IMG/VR virus record: IMGVR_UViG_2061766007_004329
DNA length: 20,000 nucleotides
Reading direction: 5' to 3' (one strand)
Source: an uncultured virus (IMG/VR IMGVR_UViG_2061766007_004329)
Taxonomy: Duplodnaviria > Heunggongvirae > Uroviricota > Caudoviricetes
Shown: piece by piece, positions 1 through 9,321 of the stretch
Numbering within the stretch: the stretch's first letter is position 1
Layout of the letters: each line of letters starts with the position of its first letter
Notes under the pieces: generated by a model
The model's database searches: none
What the model saw: only the letters and a program-made list of their open reading frames with translations
What the model was told of the DNA's origin: nothing
Program-made: the position numbers and the translations under genes

Positions 1-1896
1 GGTGATGTCGCGCAGGAATCCGTCGTTTGTGTTCGTGCTACCCACGATGATGCACTGTCGGGGGTGATCCTCAACGCTGTAGCCGTAGCTATGCCGGAAC
101 TTGTCGTCTTGCCGTGTGATGAACGCTTTGACCGTCTCGACATCGACCTTCTTCAATCCGGCCAGCTCGCCCAGTTCCAGAATCCAATAGCCCTGCAGCT
201 TTTCCGGCGCGGCCTTGTCGCGCATGTCACCGATGGTCAGGGAATCGGAGAACCACTTGCCGCCGATCTTAGCGAAAAACGAGGATTTGCCCATACCCTG
301 CGGGCCTACCAGCACAACGACACTGTCGAACTTCACGCCGGGTTTGTACACGCGGGCGACAGCAGCGACCATCATCTTCCGGGCAACAGCGCGGTTGTAC
401 GATGTGTCCATCGCTCCGAGATAGTCGATGAAGAGGTGTTCCAGCCTTGGTGTACCGTCCCACTCAGGCAGCGCTTCGATGTAGTCGCGGATGGGATGGT
501 ATGCCCGTTCCGCTGCCACGGCGAGAAGGATGCCTTTTAGTTTCGTAGGCGTGTACAGCCCATACACGCGCTCCAGGTAGATCTGCAGCGATCCCAAATC
601 AGACTCCGTCCAGCCAGGCTTGATTTGACGCCAGGGGAGCGTGGTCTTACCCTCCTGATCATGGCGCACATCGATGCCGCTGCGGTGGATGTTGTAGGAG
701 ATGTCCTTTAGCCGGGGATCATTGCGCAGGATCAGAGCGAGGTTGCCAAGGGTGTCTTTCACTTTCCCTTGTTTGTCCACGACCAGCTCAGCCTGCCAGT
801 CATCGCCTGGTTCGTTGGCAGGTTCATCTGCGAAATCGGCCTCCGCCTGCTCCATGCGCTCCTGCGCCAGCTGCCGCCTTGTAGCCTCGTCGTTTGAGGC
901 GTACTCGCGCATAAGCTGGATGGACTTCTGGTCGGTGTCGATGACAGTGCCGTCCTCAGTCTTGCTGCCGGGGGTGAACAGATGCCAGCGCACCAGATCA
1001 AAGGCGTTGCACAGCTTTCCGGAGCTGGGGTCAGTCGCATGATGGGAATAAGCGAACTTGTCGTCATATACCACGAGGCCGCCCACGGAGGTGCCGCCCA
1101 CATAGGTATATCGACCGTCTATGACGGTGGGGGTGTAGAAGGAGGAGAGTATATTCTCCAGCACATCTGTCATGCTGTGAGCACGGCAGAATGCGCCGAT
1201 GATGCCGCTCTTGGTCAGCGGGTCCTCGGCCTTTGCTGTCGTGGAGTGCATTCTCTCTTCCACCGGCTGTGTGGTCGGCCACAGCGAGGTGTCCTTCCAG
1301 TCAGCATAGCTGGCCAGCACAGCGTCCGGATCGAGGAATGACGCGTCCTCATACCTAAACACATACTCGCCGTCCTCCGGCGTGCTCGGCCAGTACATCA
1401 GGCGGGCAGGCTCGAAGGTGGTGGGGTCGAAGCGGGTCAGCGTCAGGTCGCCCGCAATCCTCCTCGCAATGGCGGCATACTCGTCCGGCGTCACCGTCCG
1501 TGCCAGTGGAATGATGATGCGCAGGCGCATCTGTTCCGGCGTATGGCTGTGTGTGGAGTACAGCGCATAAGCATTGATAAACGTCATATCCAGATCATCC
1601 AGCAAGCTGGGCTCTGCATTGTCAGCGTCCAGACAGACGGCGCATCGGTTGACCACCGAGGCGTTGTTTCGTTTGCCGCCTTTCAAATAGCCTGCCACGA
1701 AACCGCCCACATCCTTGCAGCGGTTCTTGTCCTCCTTGCTCATGGCGGCATACTCAGCCACAGTTTCCCGTGTGCGTGTAGTCGTGGAGAGCTTGTCCAG
1801 CAGTTCGCTCCACATGATTTCTTTGTTCTGCCAGTGTTTCGCCATCCGGCTCTTGCCTACACCCACCAGCAGCTTCTTGTCATGGGTCACTTTCAA
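1..1896 (-). CDS. VirE/VapE-family phage primase-helicase (3'-truncated by window edge; not in ORF track)
   Basis: Both ends were translated by hand and are in the same frame. AGGAGG RBS then TTG at 1896 gives MKVTHDKKLLVGVGKSRMAKHWQNKEIMWSELLDKLSTTTRTRETVAEY...KDVGGFVAGYLKGGKR...CLDAD. C-terminal part has Walker A VLVGPQGMGKSS, Walker B WILELGEL and HPRQCIIVGSTN...FLRDIT, typical of VirE. Confidence 0.9.
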   Translation of the reverse strand, partial: MKVTHDKKLLVGVGKSRMAKHWQNKEIMWSELLDKLSTTTRTRETVAEYAAMSKEDKNRCKDVGGFVAGYLKGGKRNNASVVNRCAVCLDADNAEPSLLDDLDMTFINAYALYSTHSHTPEQMRLRIIIPLARTVTPDEYAAIARRIAGDLTLTRFDPTTFEPARLMYWPSTPEDGEYVFRYEDASFLDPDAVLASYADWKDTSLWPTTQPVEERMHSTTAKAEDPLTKSGIIGAFCRAHSMTDVLENILSSFYTPTVIDGRYTYVGGTSVGGLVVYDDKFAYSHHATDPSSGKLCNAFDLVRWHLFTPGSKTEDGTVIDTDQKSIQLMREYASNDEATRRQLAQERMEQAEADFADEPANEPGDDWQAELVVDKQGKVKDTLGNLALILRNDPRLKDISYNIHRSGIDVRHDQEGKTTLPWRQIKPGWTESDLGSLQIYLERVYGLYTPTKLKGILLAVAAERAYHPIRDYIEALPEWDGTPRLEHLFIDYLGAMDTSYNRAVARKMMVAAVARVYKPGVKFDSVVVLVGPQGMGKSSFFAKIGGKWFSDSLTIGDMRDKAAPEKLQGYWILELGELAGLKKVDVETVKAFITRQDDKFRHSYGYSVEDHPRQCIIVGSTNTNDGFLRDIT

Positions 1897-1932
1897 AGAT
1901 ATTTCCTCCTGTTCGCCATCGAATGTGTACAT

Positions 1933-1963
1933 GAAAAGAACCCGCACACATGACTGTGCACGG
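1933..1963 (-). terminator. Putative intrinsic terminator upstream of virE
   Basis: Minus strand reads CCGTGCACA-GTCA-TGTGTGCGG (stem with G-U pairs) followed by GTTCTTTTC. Confidence 0.5.
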
Positions 1964-2103
1964 TGTTTAAAATGGGTTTATAACTCGTCCCTGGCCTGAA
2001 TCTTTAGAGCATGATATTCACTGAGCAACTTTCCTGCGTCATTCTTCAGCGGCAATCTCCTTCAATGCTGCCTTGGAAAGAAGATGGAGAATTTCCTGCC
2101 TGA

Positions 2104-2472
2104 TCACCCGATGAACCTCTGCTTTCCATCCTCACTGAACACGATGATTCCCCTGGGTGTCCAGGCAAAAGCCTCGCGGTAATAGAACATCTTCTCATAC
2201 TTCTCCGCCATGTCGTCGGGGAGATCAGTGAAGTCCTCCTCATCTATTCCGCAAATGAAGAAAGTACCAGCGATGACATCAATCCCGGCAATCGCACGGT
2301 TCAGTCTGGAGTTCTTATTCTTGCCTTCTTCGTCACAGACGATTGCGACCGGATCATCAAACGGATACAATGCTTCGATATAGCCTTCGACCACTCTTTG
2401 CATTTCCTCCAGGGTGTGCGGTATATCTGCCCGACGTGGATGTTTCCCCGGTTCAATGATCAGAATCTTCAC
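2104..2472 (-). CDS. DUF3846-like protein
   Basis: KILIIEPGKHP...LEEMQRVVEGYIEALYPFDDPVAIVCDEEGK...NRAI...DVIAGTFFICG pattern. Likely GTG start at 2472 overlaps the upstream stop (GTGA). Confidence 0.75.
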   Translation of the reverse strand: MKILIIEPGKHPRRADIPHTLEEMQRVVEGYIEALYPFDDPVAIVCDEEGKNKNSRLNRAIAGIDVIAGTFFICGIDEEDFTDLPDDMAEKYEKMFYYREAFAWTPRGIIVFSEDGKQRFIG

Positions 2473-2807
2473 GCATGATCCCCCTTTCCGCTGTCCCAGG
2501 AAAAGCGTTCCCACGGTATGTCACAAGCAGGACGCTCGGCACCGCATGCGTACCAAAGCCGCCAGGACTTACCATAGGAGAGCAGTTCGTAGGTCCCGCC
2601 GCCTTCAATATAAACATCCGCGTTTCCCTTACCAGCTGTGTCATAAAAGACCGTCAAAATCCCCGGAGCCAAGGGAAACCAGCCCACATGCGAATGCTCA
2701 TAATAACGCATGTTCACTTCTATCCAGACCGGTATCGGCTGGAATGCGTCACCCTGTCTTTGCATTGCCTGTAAGTCTTCAAGGGACATTATCTGACAGT
2801 GTTCCAT
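2469..2807 (-). CDS. Hypothetical protein, 112 aa
   Basis: GAAGGAGG RBS before ATG; stop overlaps the start of the next gene; same orientation as the operon. Confidence 0.65.
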   Translation of the reverse strand: MEHCQIMSLEDLQAMQRQGDAFQPIPVWIEVNMRYYEHSHVGWFPLAPGILTVFYDTAGKGNADVYIEGGGTYELLSYGKSWRLWYACGAERPACDIPWERFSWDSGKGDHA

Positions 2808-2900
2808 CCGCTAAGCCTCCTTCTTGAATTGGGTAGTGGTACTATCGCTCTACCCAGCCTGAATAGCAATGGCTGTAATGATAACTCGTTGATAACTCGT

Positions 2901-4841
2901 TCATCCCTTGCGGTATGAAGCGCACTCATAGCCGTCTGCGCGAAGGGGCAGGTCTCTGCACCAGTCGGGCGTTTCGCCCATGATCATACATGCCTCTTCG
3001 ACAGAGCCGACACCGGTGGGCATCTCCATCACGCACTCATCGTGGACGTGAAACACAATGCGGTAACCATGAGCTTCCAGATTCAGCATGGCATGCGCCA
3101 GCAGGTCGCGGGCGATAGCCTGCGTCACGTTCTCGCAGGCTTTGCCGCCGAAAGTCTCCTGCACACCAAGCTGTCCGTTTGCCATAGGCGCAAGATACCC
3201 GATACCGTCGTTCCCGAATCGGTTCGGAACCGTACGCGGGGAGAGATAGCACAGATCGCGACCAGATGGCAGCCGGATCAGCAGTTTCTCGTCCCGCCAA
3301 TACAGAATGACTTTGCCCACACGCACAGAGCCGTGGACATGGATCACTCTACGCATGCTGCGATCCATCGCGTTCCAGAAAGCCACGATGTGCGGGTTGG
3401 CCTCCCGCCAGGCATCCACCAGCGGCTGCATTTCATCCTCGGGCATCTTCGCGCCCATATTCTTCAAAGCGCCAACACCGCCGCCATAGCCGCAGCTCAG
3501 TGTGGCCTGCTTGCCCTTCTGCCTGTACTCATAATTCGGATTCCCCTTGACAATGCTCTCCTTAGGTACATGGTACATGCGCGAGGCGGTTGCCTCGTAA
3601 ATCTTGCCCGCGCCTCTGAATTCTTCCAGTACCCATTCTTCACTGGCAAGCCATGCCAGAACACGCGCTTCGATGGCGCTGAAATCAGCCACGATAAAAC
3701 GGGACCCATCCCTGGGGATGAGCGCCGTGCGAATGAGCTCTGAGAGAGTGTTGGGCACAGAGCCGTACAGCAGCTCCACTAGTTCCGTATCTCCGGCTTT
3801 CACAATACTGCCCGCCAGATCGAGATCTTCCAGATGGTTCTGCGGCAGGTTTTGCACCTGCAGCAATCGGCCTGCCCATCTGCCTGTACGATTGGCCCCA
3901 TAATACTGCAGCATGCCATGAACACGTCCGTCCCGGCACACACAGCGGGCGATGGTCTCATATTTCTTGATGGATGTCTTGGACAGTTCCAGACGGAGCG
4001 ACAAGAGTTCCGAAACCAGACCTTCCGTGTTCGCCGCCTTTTCCTGTACCAGCTTCTTGGCCAGAGACTCCATCGGCACATCCTGATCGGCGAGCCATTC
4101 CTTGAGCTGTGCCACACTGCCCGGGTTTTCCAAACCGGTGATCTTCTTCGCACGCTGATACGCAGCTTCACTGAACTGCGAATCGACCGCCATGGCCTGT
4201 TTCACCAGCAGCTTATCCACGCGGACACCCCGGTCGTTGATCATCTGATCCAGCGCGTACAGTTCCCATTCCGACTCTGGTATGGGATGGGCTTCGCAGG
4301 CTTTCCGAACAGCACGTTCCGTCTCCACGTCCTGCGCGTTGTACCGCTTGTACACTGACCACTTCTCCGGCGCTTGCTCCGGAAGGTTTCGAGTTCTGCC
4401 GTTGTTTGCCTTGGTTGGCTTACAGGGCACCGAAAAGTACCGGATCAGGTCTTTGCCTTCTTCCATCTTCTGCTCAGTGACAGCCAAGGCGACGGCAGCG
4501 TCTGCCAATCGCGCGGGCATGGTGAGGTATGCAGCCATCGCAGCCGTACAGCGCCATTGACGCGGGTCGAGCCAATGACCGAGGTATCTGGACAGACACA
4601 CGCGCTCGAACTGCGCGTTGTACGCTGCCTTGATGACCTCTGGGTTTTCCAGATCCGCAAGCACATTGTCCGGCAGGCGTTCGCCGCAGGCCAGATCTAC
4701 GGTGCGCACCGGTTCGTCGTCATAGGCATAGGAGAACAGCAGGATTTCAAATTCATCGGTATCGACATACCGGTACACGCCGGTCTTTGACAGCGGCACC
4801 GGACTGTAGGTCTCAATATCGATGCCGAGGATTGGTTTCAT
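2901..4841 (-). CDS. Phage-type family A DNA polymerase with 3'-5' exonuclease domain
   Basis: Exo motifs GIDIETYS, AYNAQFE, YNAQDV; pol motif A IVADFSAIEARVLAW, motif B RQKGKQATLSCGYG, motif C FHVHDE; 646 aa with no 5'-3' exonuclease domain. Confidence 0.95.
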   Translation of the reverse strand: MKPILGIDIETYSPVPLSKTGVYRYVDTDEFEILLFSYAYDDEPVRTVDLACGERLPDNVLADLENPEVIKAAYNAQFERVCLSRYLGHWLDPRQWRCTAAMAAYLTMPARLADAAVALAVTEQKMEEGKDLIRYFSVPCKPTKANNGRTRNLPEQAPEKWSVYKRYNAQDVETERAVRKACEAHPIPESEWELYALDQMINDRGVRVDKLLVKQAMAVDSQFSEAAYQRAKKITGLENPGSVAQLKEWLADQDVPMESLAKKLVQEKAANTEGLVSELLSLRLELSKTSIKKYETIARCVCRDGRVHGMLQYYGANRTGRWAGRLLQVQNLPQNHLEDLDLAGSIVKAGDTELVELLYGSVPNTLSELIRTALIPRDGSRFIVADFSAIEARVLAWLASEEWVLEEFRGAGKIYEATASRMYHVPKESIVKGNPNYEYRQKGKQATLSCGYGGGVGALKNMGAKMPEDEMQPLVDAWREANPHIVAFWNAMDRSMRRVIHVHGSVRVGKVILYWRDEKLLIRLPSGRDLCYLSPRTVPNRFGNDGIGYLAPMANGQLGVQETFGGKACENVTQAIARDLLAHAMLNLEAHGYRIVFHVHDECVMEMPTGVGSVEEACMIMGETPDWCRDLPLRADGYECASYRKG

Positions 4842-4852
4842 AGGATCACCTC

Positions 4853-4888
4853 AAATAACAGCCGCCCGCAGAACATTCCACGGGCGGC
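4853..4888 (-). terminator. GC-rich hairpin / weak terminator between SSB and polymerase
   Basis: GCCGCCCG...CGGGCGGC inverted repeat (4861-4888) followed on the minus strand by TGTTATTT. Confidence 0.45.
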
Positions 4889-4918
4889 ACAGTTGGAGCA
4901 CAAGTGGGCTAAATGGCA

Positions 4919-5203
4919 TCAGCTCAGGAAATCATCATCGTCATCCGAATCCAGTGCATCGAATTCATCCTCGGCACGCACTCGGCTGGTTAGGGGTTCG
5001 CCGTCTGCCCAGAACTGGACATTGCTCAGACCGGCAGCCACACCCTTGTTCCCATTCACATTGAAAGGATAGAAGTTGACACTTGCACGGACGTAGCATC
5101 CGGAGTACACGCTCAGCGGGTCGGTGATGGGGATGCGCTTGCGATCCACGACGCCGGGCTTTTCCAGACTCGTCGCGTTCACGAAGTAGGCGTCCTGATA
5201 CGC
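4919..5203 (-). CDS. DUF2815 SSB, C-terminal part (broken by N-gap; probably continues 7538-7696)
   Basis: AYQDAYFVNATSLEKPGVVD...YSGCYVRASVNFYPFNVNGNKGVAAGLSNVQF...acidic tail DSDDDDDFLS; near-identical to the C-terminal half of 5220-5762. Confidence 0.85.
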   Translation of the reverse strand, partial: AYQDAYFVNATSLEKPGVVDRKRIPITDPLSVYSGCYVRASVNFYPFNVNGNKGVAAGLSNVQFWADGEPLTSRVRAEDEFDALDSDDDDDFLS

Positions 5204-5219
5204 NNNNNNNNNNACGGCA

Positions 5220-5762
5220 TCAGTTCAGGAAATCCTCGTCGTCATCCGCGTCCAGCGCGTCGAACTCGTCCTCTGCACGCACACGGCTGGTCAGAGGTTC
5301 GCCGTCCGCCCAGAACTGGACGTTGCTCAGACCGGCGGCCACACCCTTGTTCCCGTTCACATTGAAAGGATAGAAGTTTACGCTTGCTCGGACGTAGCAG
5401 CCGGAGTACACGCTCAGCGGGTCGGTGATGGGGATGCGCTTGCGATCCACAACACCGGGCTTTTCCAGACTCGTCGCGTTCACGAAGTAGGCGTCCTGAT
5501 ACGCCTCGTCCTCTTCGCGGTCGATGTCGCCGTCGCGCAGCGGCAGCTTCAGGTTCGGCGGGCGCTTGCCGCCCCACTTGCCGGAGATGCCGTTCTGGAT
5601 GGCTTCTTCGATGGCAGCTTTGATCTCGCTGACTGTTTTGCTGTCGGACTTGGGAATAATGAGCGACAGGGAATACTTGGGATCGCTCCCGTTGACGCTC
5701 TGCGGCTCGAAGATGTGTACGAAAGACGCGCGGCACTTGCCTGTGATAACCTTGGTAGACAT
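5220..5762 (-). CDS. DUF2815 phage single-stranded DNA-binding protein (copy B)
   Basis: MSTKVITGKCRASFVHIFEP...KYSLSLIIPK...KLPLRDGD...YSGCYVRASVNFYPF, acidic C-terminal tail; canonical position between DUF2800 and PolA. Confidence 0.9.
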   Translation of the reverse strand: MSTKVITGKCRASFVHIFEPQSVNGSDPKYSLSLIIPKSDSKTVSEIKAAIEEAIQNGISGKWGGKRPPNLKLPLRDGDIDREEDEAYQDAYFVNATSLEKPGVVDRKRIPITDPLSVYSGCYVRASVNFYPFNVNGNKGVAAGLSNVQFWADGEPLTSRVRAEDEFDALDADDDEDFLN

Positions 5763-5799
5763 AATTGCTTTCCCTTTCTCCCCTTACAGGGGCCTGTCG

Positions 5800-6969
5800 T
5801 TACTGTGCAAAATCGGAAGCTGCGCTGGAGATCGCCTGCCGGGGATCTGAAATCGGCACCAGCATCGGAGCGCCTTCGGGCTTGTACACCAGATCACCGA
5901 GCACATCTTTGAACGCCTTTCTGCCCATGCGCTTCTCCAAATCTCCCACGCCCAGCAGCGTGGTCTTGTAGATGTCTGTGTACCCGGCGTCAGTACATGC
6001 CCTGATGACCTCGGCTTCGCTGGTGTATTTGCGGACGGTGCGTCCGGCCACCAGCTTGTAGCCAGTCCACTGTTTGCCCTCAACGGCCTGCTGCGTCGCA
6101 AAGGCGAGAAGGTCCTGAACCCAGTTGTTGAGCGCCTCGGCGATGGGCAGCATGTCGGCGATTTCCTCGTCGGTCAGCAGATCGGGCTGTTTGAAGTCCC
6201 GCCTGGCCAGCTGCATGAAATACTCGCTGCGGGCGCGGCAGGTGTGACGGGCCTTGCACCACCGGCAGTGTTCACCGGCGCAGAACTCGCCTTCGCCCTT
6301 CTGGGCCAGCAGCGCCCTCGGGTGCAGGTATTCGTCCGCCCACCTGATCAGCTCGTCCGCGCCCATCTCGAAGGAGGAGATGTTCTGAAGACGGGGCTGC
6401 ACGATGGTCATGCGCAGCGTCCTGATGTCGTACAGCGGATCGAACTCCAGCAAAGCTCCGAGACCGTACAGCATCAGCTGGCTGTTGTGGTCGGCGTTCA
6501 CACGAACCCCGCGCCCGCCCTTGAAGTCGATGACTTCGATCACGCCGTCCGCAATGGCTATAAAATCGCCGGTGCCGAAGCCACCCGGCACATACTTGCT
6601 GAAGTCCAGCCTGTGCTCCACGGCGATGTAGGGATCAGGGCAGGACAGACGGATCGCCTCGATGATCTCAATGCAGTGATTGACGTACACATCGGTGACC
6701 TCTTCGGCCTCATCCGTGTAGAAATCGCTGTTGCGGTGTTCGGCGTACTGACGCTCGATCACGTCAGGCGTCATGTCGCCCAGATACCTGTGGAGCTTCA
6801 GCTCGCACAGCTCGTGGAGGAACGTGCCTTCCTCGGCGAACACTGAAGGCTTGTCCTGAAACTGTGCCGACAGCATGGCGCTGGGGGTACACTTGAGCCA
6901 GCGCTCAGAAGAGGAGGGCCCTAGCTCCGAGTGGCTGCGTTCACTGTGCTGAATGACCTGATCTTTCAC
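5800..6969 (-). CDS. DUF2800 Cas4-like PD-(D/E)XK nuclease (copy B)
   Basis: HSELGPSSSERWLKCTPS, EEGTFLHEL, FGTGD...VIDFKGGRG, QLMLYGLG and the C-terminal Cys cluster HCRWCKARHTC. Confidence 0.9.
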   Translation of the reverse strand: MKDQVIQHSERSHSELGPSSSERWLKCTPSAMLSAQFQDKPSVFAEEGTFLHELCELKLHRYLGDMTPDVIERQYAEHRNSDFYTDEAEEVTDVYVNHCIEIIEAIRLSCPDPYIAVEHRLDFSKYVPGGFGTGDFIAIADGVIEVIDFKGGRGVRVNADHNSQLMLYGLGALLEFDPLYDIRTLRMTIVQPRLQNISSFEMGADELIRWADEYLHPRALLAQKGEGEFCAGEHCRWCKARHTCRARSEYFMQLARRDFKQPDLLTDEEIADMLPIAEALNNWVQDLLAFATQQAVEGKQWTGYKLVAGRTVRKYTSEAEVIRACTDAGYTDIYKTTLLGVGDLEKRMGRKAFKDVLGDLVYKPEGAPMLVPISDPRQAISSAASDFAQ

Positions 6970-7376
6970 AGCTTATTCACCTCATCCATGAGTGGGCCAT
7001 ACTTGTCTTCAGGCAGCTCGGTCAGCTTCGACACGCCGAAGCCCTTTAGGATCGCCTTGATTTTTCCCCTGTTTTCCGGTTTCGTGCGCTCGGCAACAAA
7101 GGCGCGGACCTCTGTGATGGTGTACTTCTTGGCGGGCGGGGTGTTCGTCGGTGTCGGCTCATTCGCCAATGAAGCCTCGGCTTCAGCGACCCACTCGGGA
7201 TCGACCGTCGTCTTGCCGGTAATTTCTGCCGCTTCGTTCTCAGCCTTCTTCGCGGCCAGCTGCTCCGCACAGTCGTCCACCACGATCTGCATCGCTGCCG
7301 CCATCGCCTGCGCTTCATCTGCCATTGCCTGCGCATGGCTGGCAATGTCGGCCAGCATCTTCAAGCTCATCGTCAT
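6966..7376 (-). CDS. Conserved phage protein preceding DUF2800 (copy B)
   Basis: AGGAGG RBS; C-terminal EVRAFVAER...IKAILKGFGVSKLTELPEDKY motif, typical of the small gene upstream of DUF2800; stop overlaps the next start. Confidence 0.8.
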   Translation of the reverse strand: MTMSLKMLADIASHAQAMADEAQAMAAAMQIVVDDCAEQLAAKKAENEAAEITGKTTVDPEWVAEAEASLANEPTPTNTPPAKKYTITEVRAFVAERTKPENRGKIKAILKGFGVSKLTELPEDKYGPLMDEVNKL

Positions 7377-7392
7377 TTCCTTTTCCTCCTTT

Positions 7393-7527
7393 TTAGTAGT
7401 CGTACTGTGCCAGTTCCCGGAGCTTGTCCGCCATGTCGTCCTGCTCCCAGGGAAGGTTGAGATCGGTGCGCCCGTAATGTCCGTACACGGAGATCAGGCT
7501 GTAGCTCGGCGTGGTCAGCTTGAGCCG
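7393..7527 (-). CDS. metK: MetK C-terminal fragment (copy B, cut by N-gap)
   Basis: Translates RLKLTTPSYSLISVYGHYGRTDLNLPWEQDDMADKLRELAQYDY*, homologous to the end of 9322-10491 (RLKLNTPSYSMVSVYGHFGRTDLNLPWEQDDMADELRKLAQGDH*). Confidence 0.85.
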   Translation of the reverse strand, partial: RLKLTTPSYSLISVYGHYGRTDLNLPWEQDDMADKLRELAQYDY

Positions 7528-7537
7528 NNNNNNNNNN

Positions 7538-7696
7538 CTCTTCGATGGCGGCTTTGATCTCGCCGACTGTTTTGCTGTCGGACTTGGGGATGATGAGCGA
7601 CAGGGAATACTTGGGGTCGGAGCCGTTCACGCTCTGCGGCTCGAAGATGTGTACGAAAGACGCGCGGCACTTGCCTGTGATAACTTTGGTAGACAT
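7538..7696 (-). CDS. DUF2815 SSB, N-terminal part (copy A, cut by N-gap)
   Basis: MSTKVITGKCRASFVHIFEPQSVNGSDPKYSLSLIIPKSDSKTVGEIKAAIEE, then Ns. Confidence 0.85.
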
Positions 7697-7734
7697 AATA
7701 TCTTTCCTTTCTCCCCTCTATGGGGTGTTCGCCT

Positions 7735-8904
7735 TTACCATTCAAAATCGGAAGCCGTGGCTGATAAAGCCTGCCGGGGATCGGACACCGGTACCAGTGT
7801 AGGCGCGCCTTCTGGCTTGTACACCAGTTTGCCCAGTACGTCCCGGAAAGCCTTCCTGCCCATGCGCTTTTCCAGATCGCCCACACCCAGCAGCGTGGTC
7901 TTGTAGATGTCCGTGTACCCGGCGTCAGTACAGGCTTTGATGACCTCAGCCTCGCTTGTGTACTTCCGGACAGTGCGTCCCGCCACCAGCTTGTAGCCAG
8001 CCCACTGTTTGCCCTCAATGGCCTGTTGCGTTGCAAAGGCCAGCATGTCCTGCACCCAATTGTTGAGCGCTTCAGCGATGGGCAGCATGTCGGCTATCTC
8101 CTCGTCGGTCAGCAGGTCGGGCTGCTTGAAATCGCGCCTGGCCAGCTGCATGAAATACTCGCTGCGGGCACGGCAGGTGTGGCGGGCCTTGCACCAGCGG
8201 CAGTGTTCGCCCGCACAGAACTCCCCCTCGCCCTTCTGCGCCAGCAGCGCTCGCGGGTGCAGATACTCGTCTGCCCACCTGAGCAACTCGTTGGCATCCA
8301 TCTCGAAGGAGGAGATATTCTGGAGCCTGGGCTGCACGATGGTCATGCGCACGGTCTTGATATCGTACAGCGGATCAAACTCCAGCAGGGCGCCCAGGCC
8401 GTACAGCATGAGCTGGCTGTTGTGATCCGCATTCACCCGGACTCCGCGCCCGCCTTTGAAATCGATCACCTCAATCACGCCATCCGCGATGGCGATGAAA
8501 TCACCTGTGCCGAAACCATCCGGCACATATTCGCTGAAATCCAGCCTGTGTTCCACTGCAATATAGGGATCTGGGCAGGACAGGCGGATCGCTTCGATCA
8601 CTTCAATGCAGTGGTTGACGTACTCATCGGTGACTTCTTCGGCCTCATCCGAATAGAAATCGTTGTCCCGATGCTCTGCATACTGGCGTTCAATGACGTC
8701 CTGTGTCATGTCGCCGAGATACCTGTGGAGCTTCAGCTCGCACAGTTCATGGAGGAATGTGCCCTCTTCGGCATAGACCGAGGGCTTATCCTGAAACTGC
8801 GCTGACAGCACTGCGCTGGGCGTACACTTGAGCCAGCGTTCTGAGGACGAAGGGCCAAGCTCCGAGTGCCCGCGCCCACTGTGCTGAATCACCTGGTCTT
8901 TCAC
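7735..8904 (-). CDS. DUF2800 Cas4-like PD-(D/E)XK nuclease (copy A)
   Basis: Same motifs as 5800-6969; both are 389 aa. Confidence 0.9.
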   Translation of the reverse strand: MKDQVIQHSGRGHSELGPSSSERWLKCTPSAVLSAQFQDKPSVYAEEGTFLHELCELKLHRYLGDMTQDVIERQYAEHRDNDFYSDEAEEVTDEYVNHCIEVIEAIRLSCPDPYIAVEHRLDFSEYVPDGFGTGDFIAIADGVIEVIDFKGGRGVRVNADHNSQLMLYGLGALLEFDPLYDIKTVRMTIVQPRLQNISSFEMDANELLRWADEYLHPRALLAQKGEGEFCAGEHCRWCKARHTCRARSEYFMQLARRDFKQPDLLTDEEIADMLPIAEALNNWVQDMLAFATQQAIEGKQWAGYKLVAGRTVRKYTSEAEVIKACTDAGYTDIYKTTLLGVGDLEKRMGRKAFRDVLGKLVYKPEGAPTLVPVSDPRQALSATASDFEW

Positions 8905-9305
8905 AGCCTGCTCACCTCATCCATCAGCTGCCCATACTTGTCCTCCGGCAGCTCCGTCAGCTTGGACACGCCAAAGCCATTCAGAATGGCCTTGATCTGG
9001 GCCCGATTCTCCGGCTTGGTGCGTTCCGCAATGAACGCCCGTACTTCCGTGATGCTGTACTTCTTCGCAGGCGTATCCGGCAGCAGTTCGTTTACCACAG
9101 GGGCTTCAGCCTCAGCGACTAATTCGGGTTCTACCACCGTCTTGCCAGCCACACCCTCCGCCTCGTTTTCGGCTTTCTTAGCGGCCAGCTGCTCAGCACA
9201 GTCGTCCACCACAATCTGCATGGCCGCCGCCATCGCCTGCGCTTCATCGGCTATCGCCTGCGCATGGGCGGCGATGTCAGCCAGCATCTTTAAACTCATC
9301 GTCAT
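8901..9305 (-). CDS. Conserved phage protein preceding DUF2800 (copy A)
   Basis: GGGAGG RBS before ATG at 9305 (MTMSLKMLADIA...); homologous to 6966-7376. Confidence 0.8.
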   Translation of the reverse strand: MTMSLKMLADIAAHAQAIADEAQAMAAAMQIVVDDCAEQLAAKKAENEAEGVAGKTVVEPELVAEAEAPVVNELLPDTPAKKYSITEVRAFIAERTKPENRAQIKAILNGFGVSKLTELPEDKYGQLMDEVSRL

Positions 9306-9321
9306 TTTGTTTGTCCTCCCA

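Larger units (their letters stand above)
5214..7527. repeat. Diverged duplicate of the metK 3' end-hyp-DUF2800-DUF2815 block, bounded by N-gaps
   Basis: Same gene order and highly similar proteins as 7538-9456 plus 4919-5203; N runs at 5204-5213 and 7528-7537. Confidence 0.9.

Noticed and set aside
1979..2103. Small ORFs between DUF3846 and virE
   Set aside because: Only very short frames with no well-spaced RBS; cannot be supported.
7373..7696. 107-aa ORF from the track, and other ORFs spanning 7528-7537
   Set aside because: Chimeric translation across an N-gap of arbitrary length.
5800..8904. CRISPR-Cas system from Cas4-like nucleases
   Set aside because: No repeat-spacer array or other cas genes; DUF2800 is a standard phage replication/recombination nuclease in this synteny.
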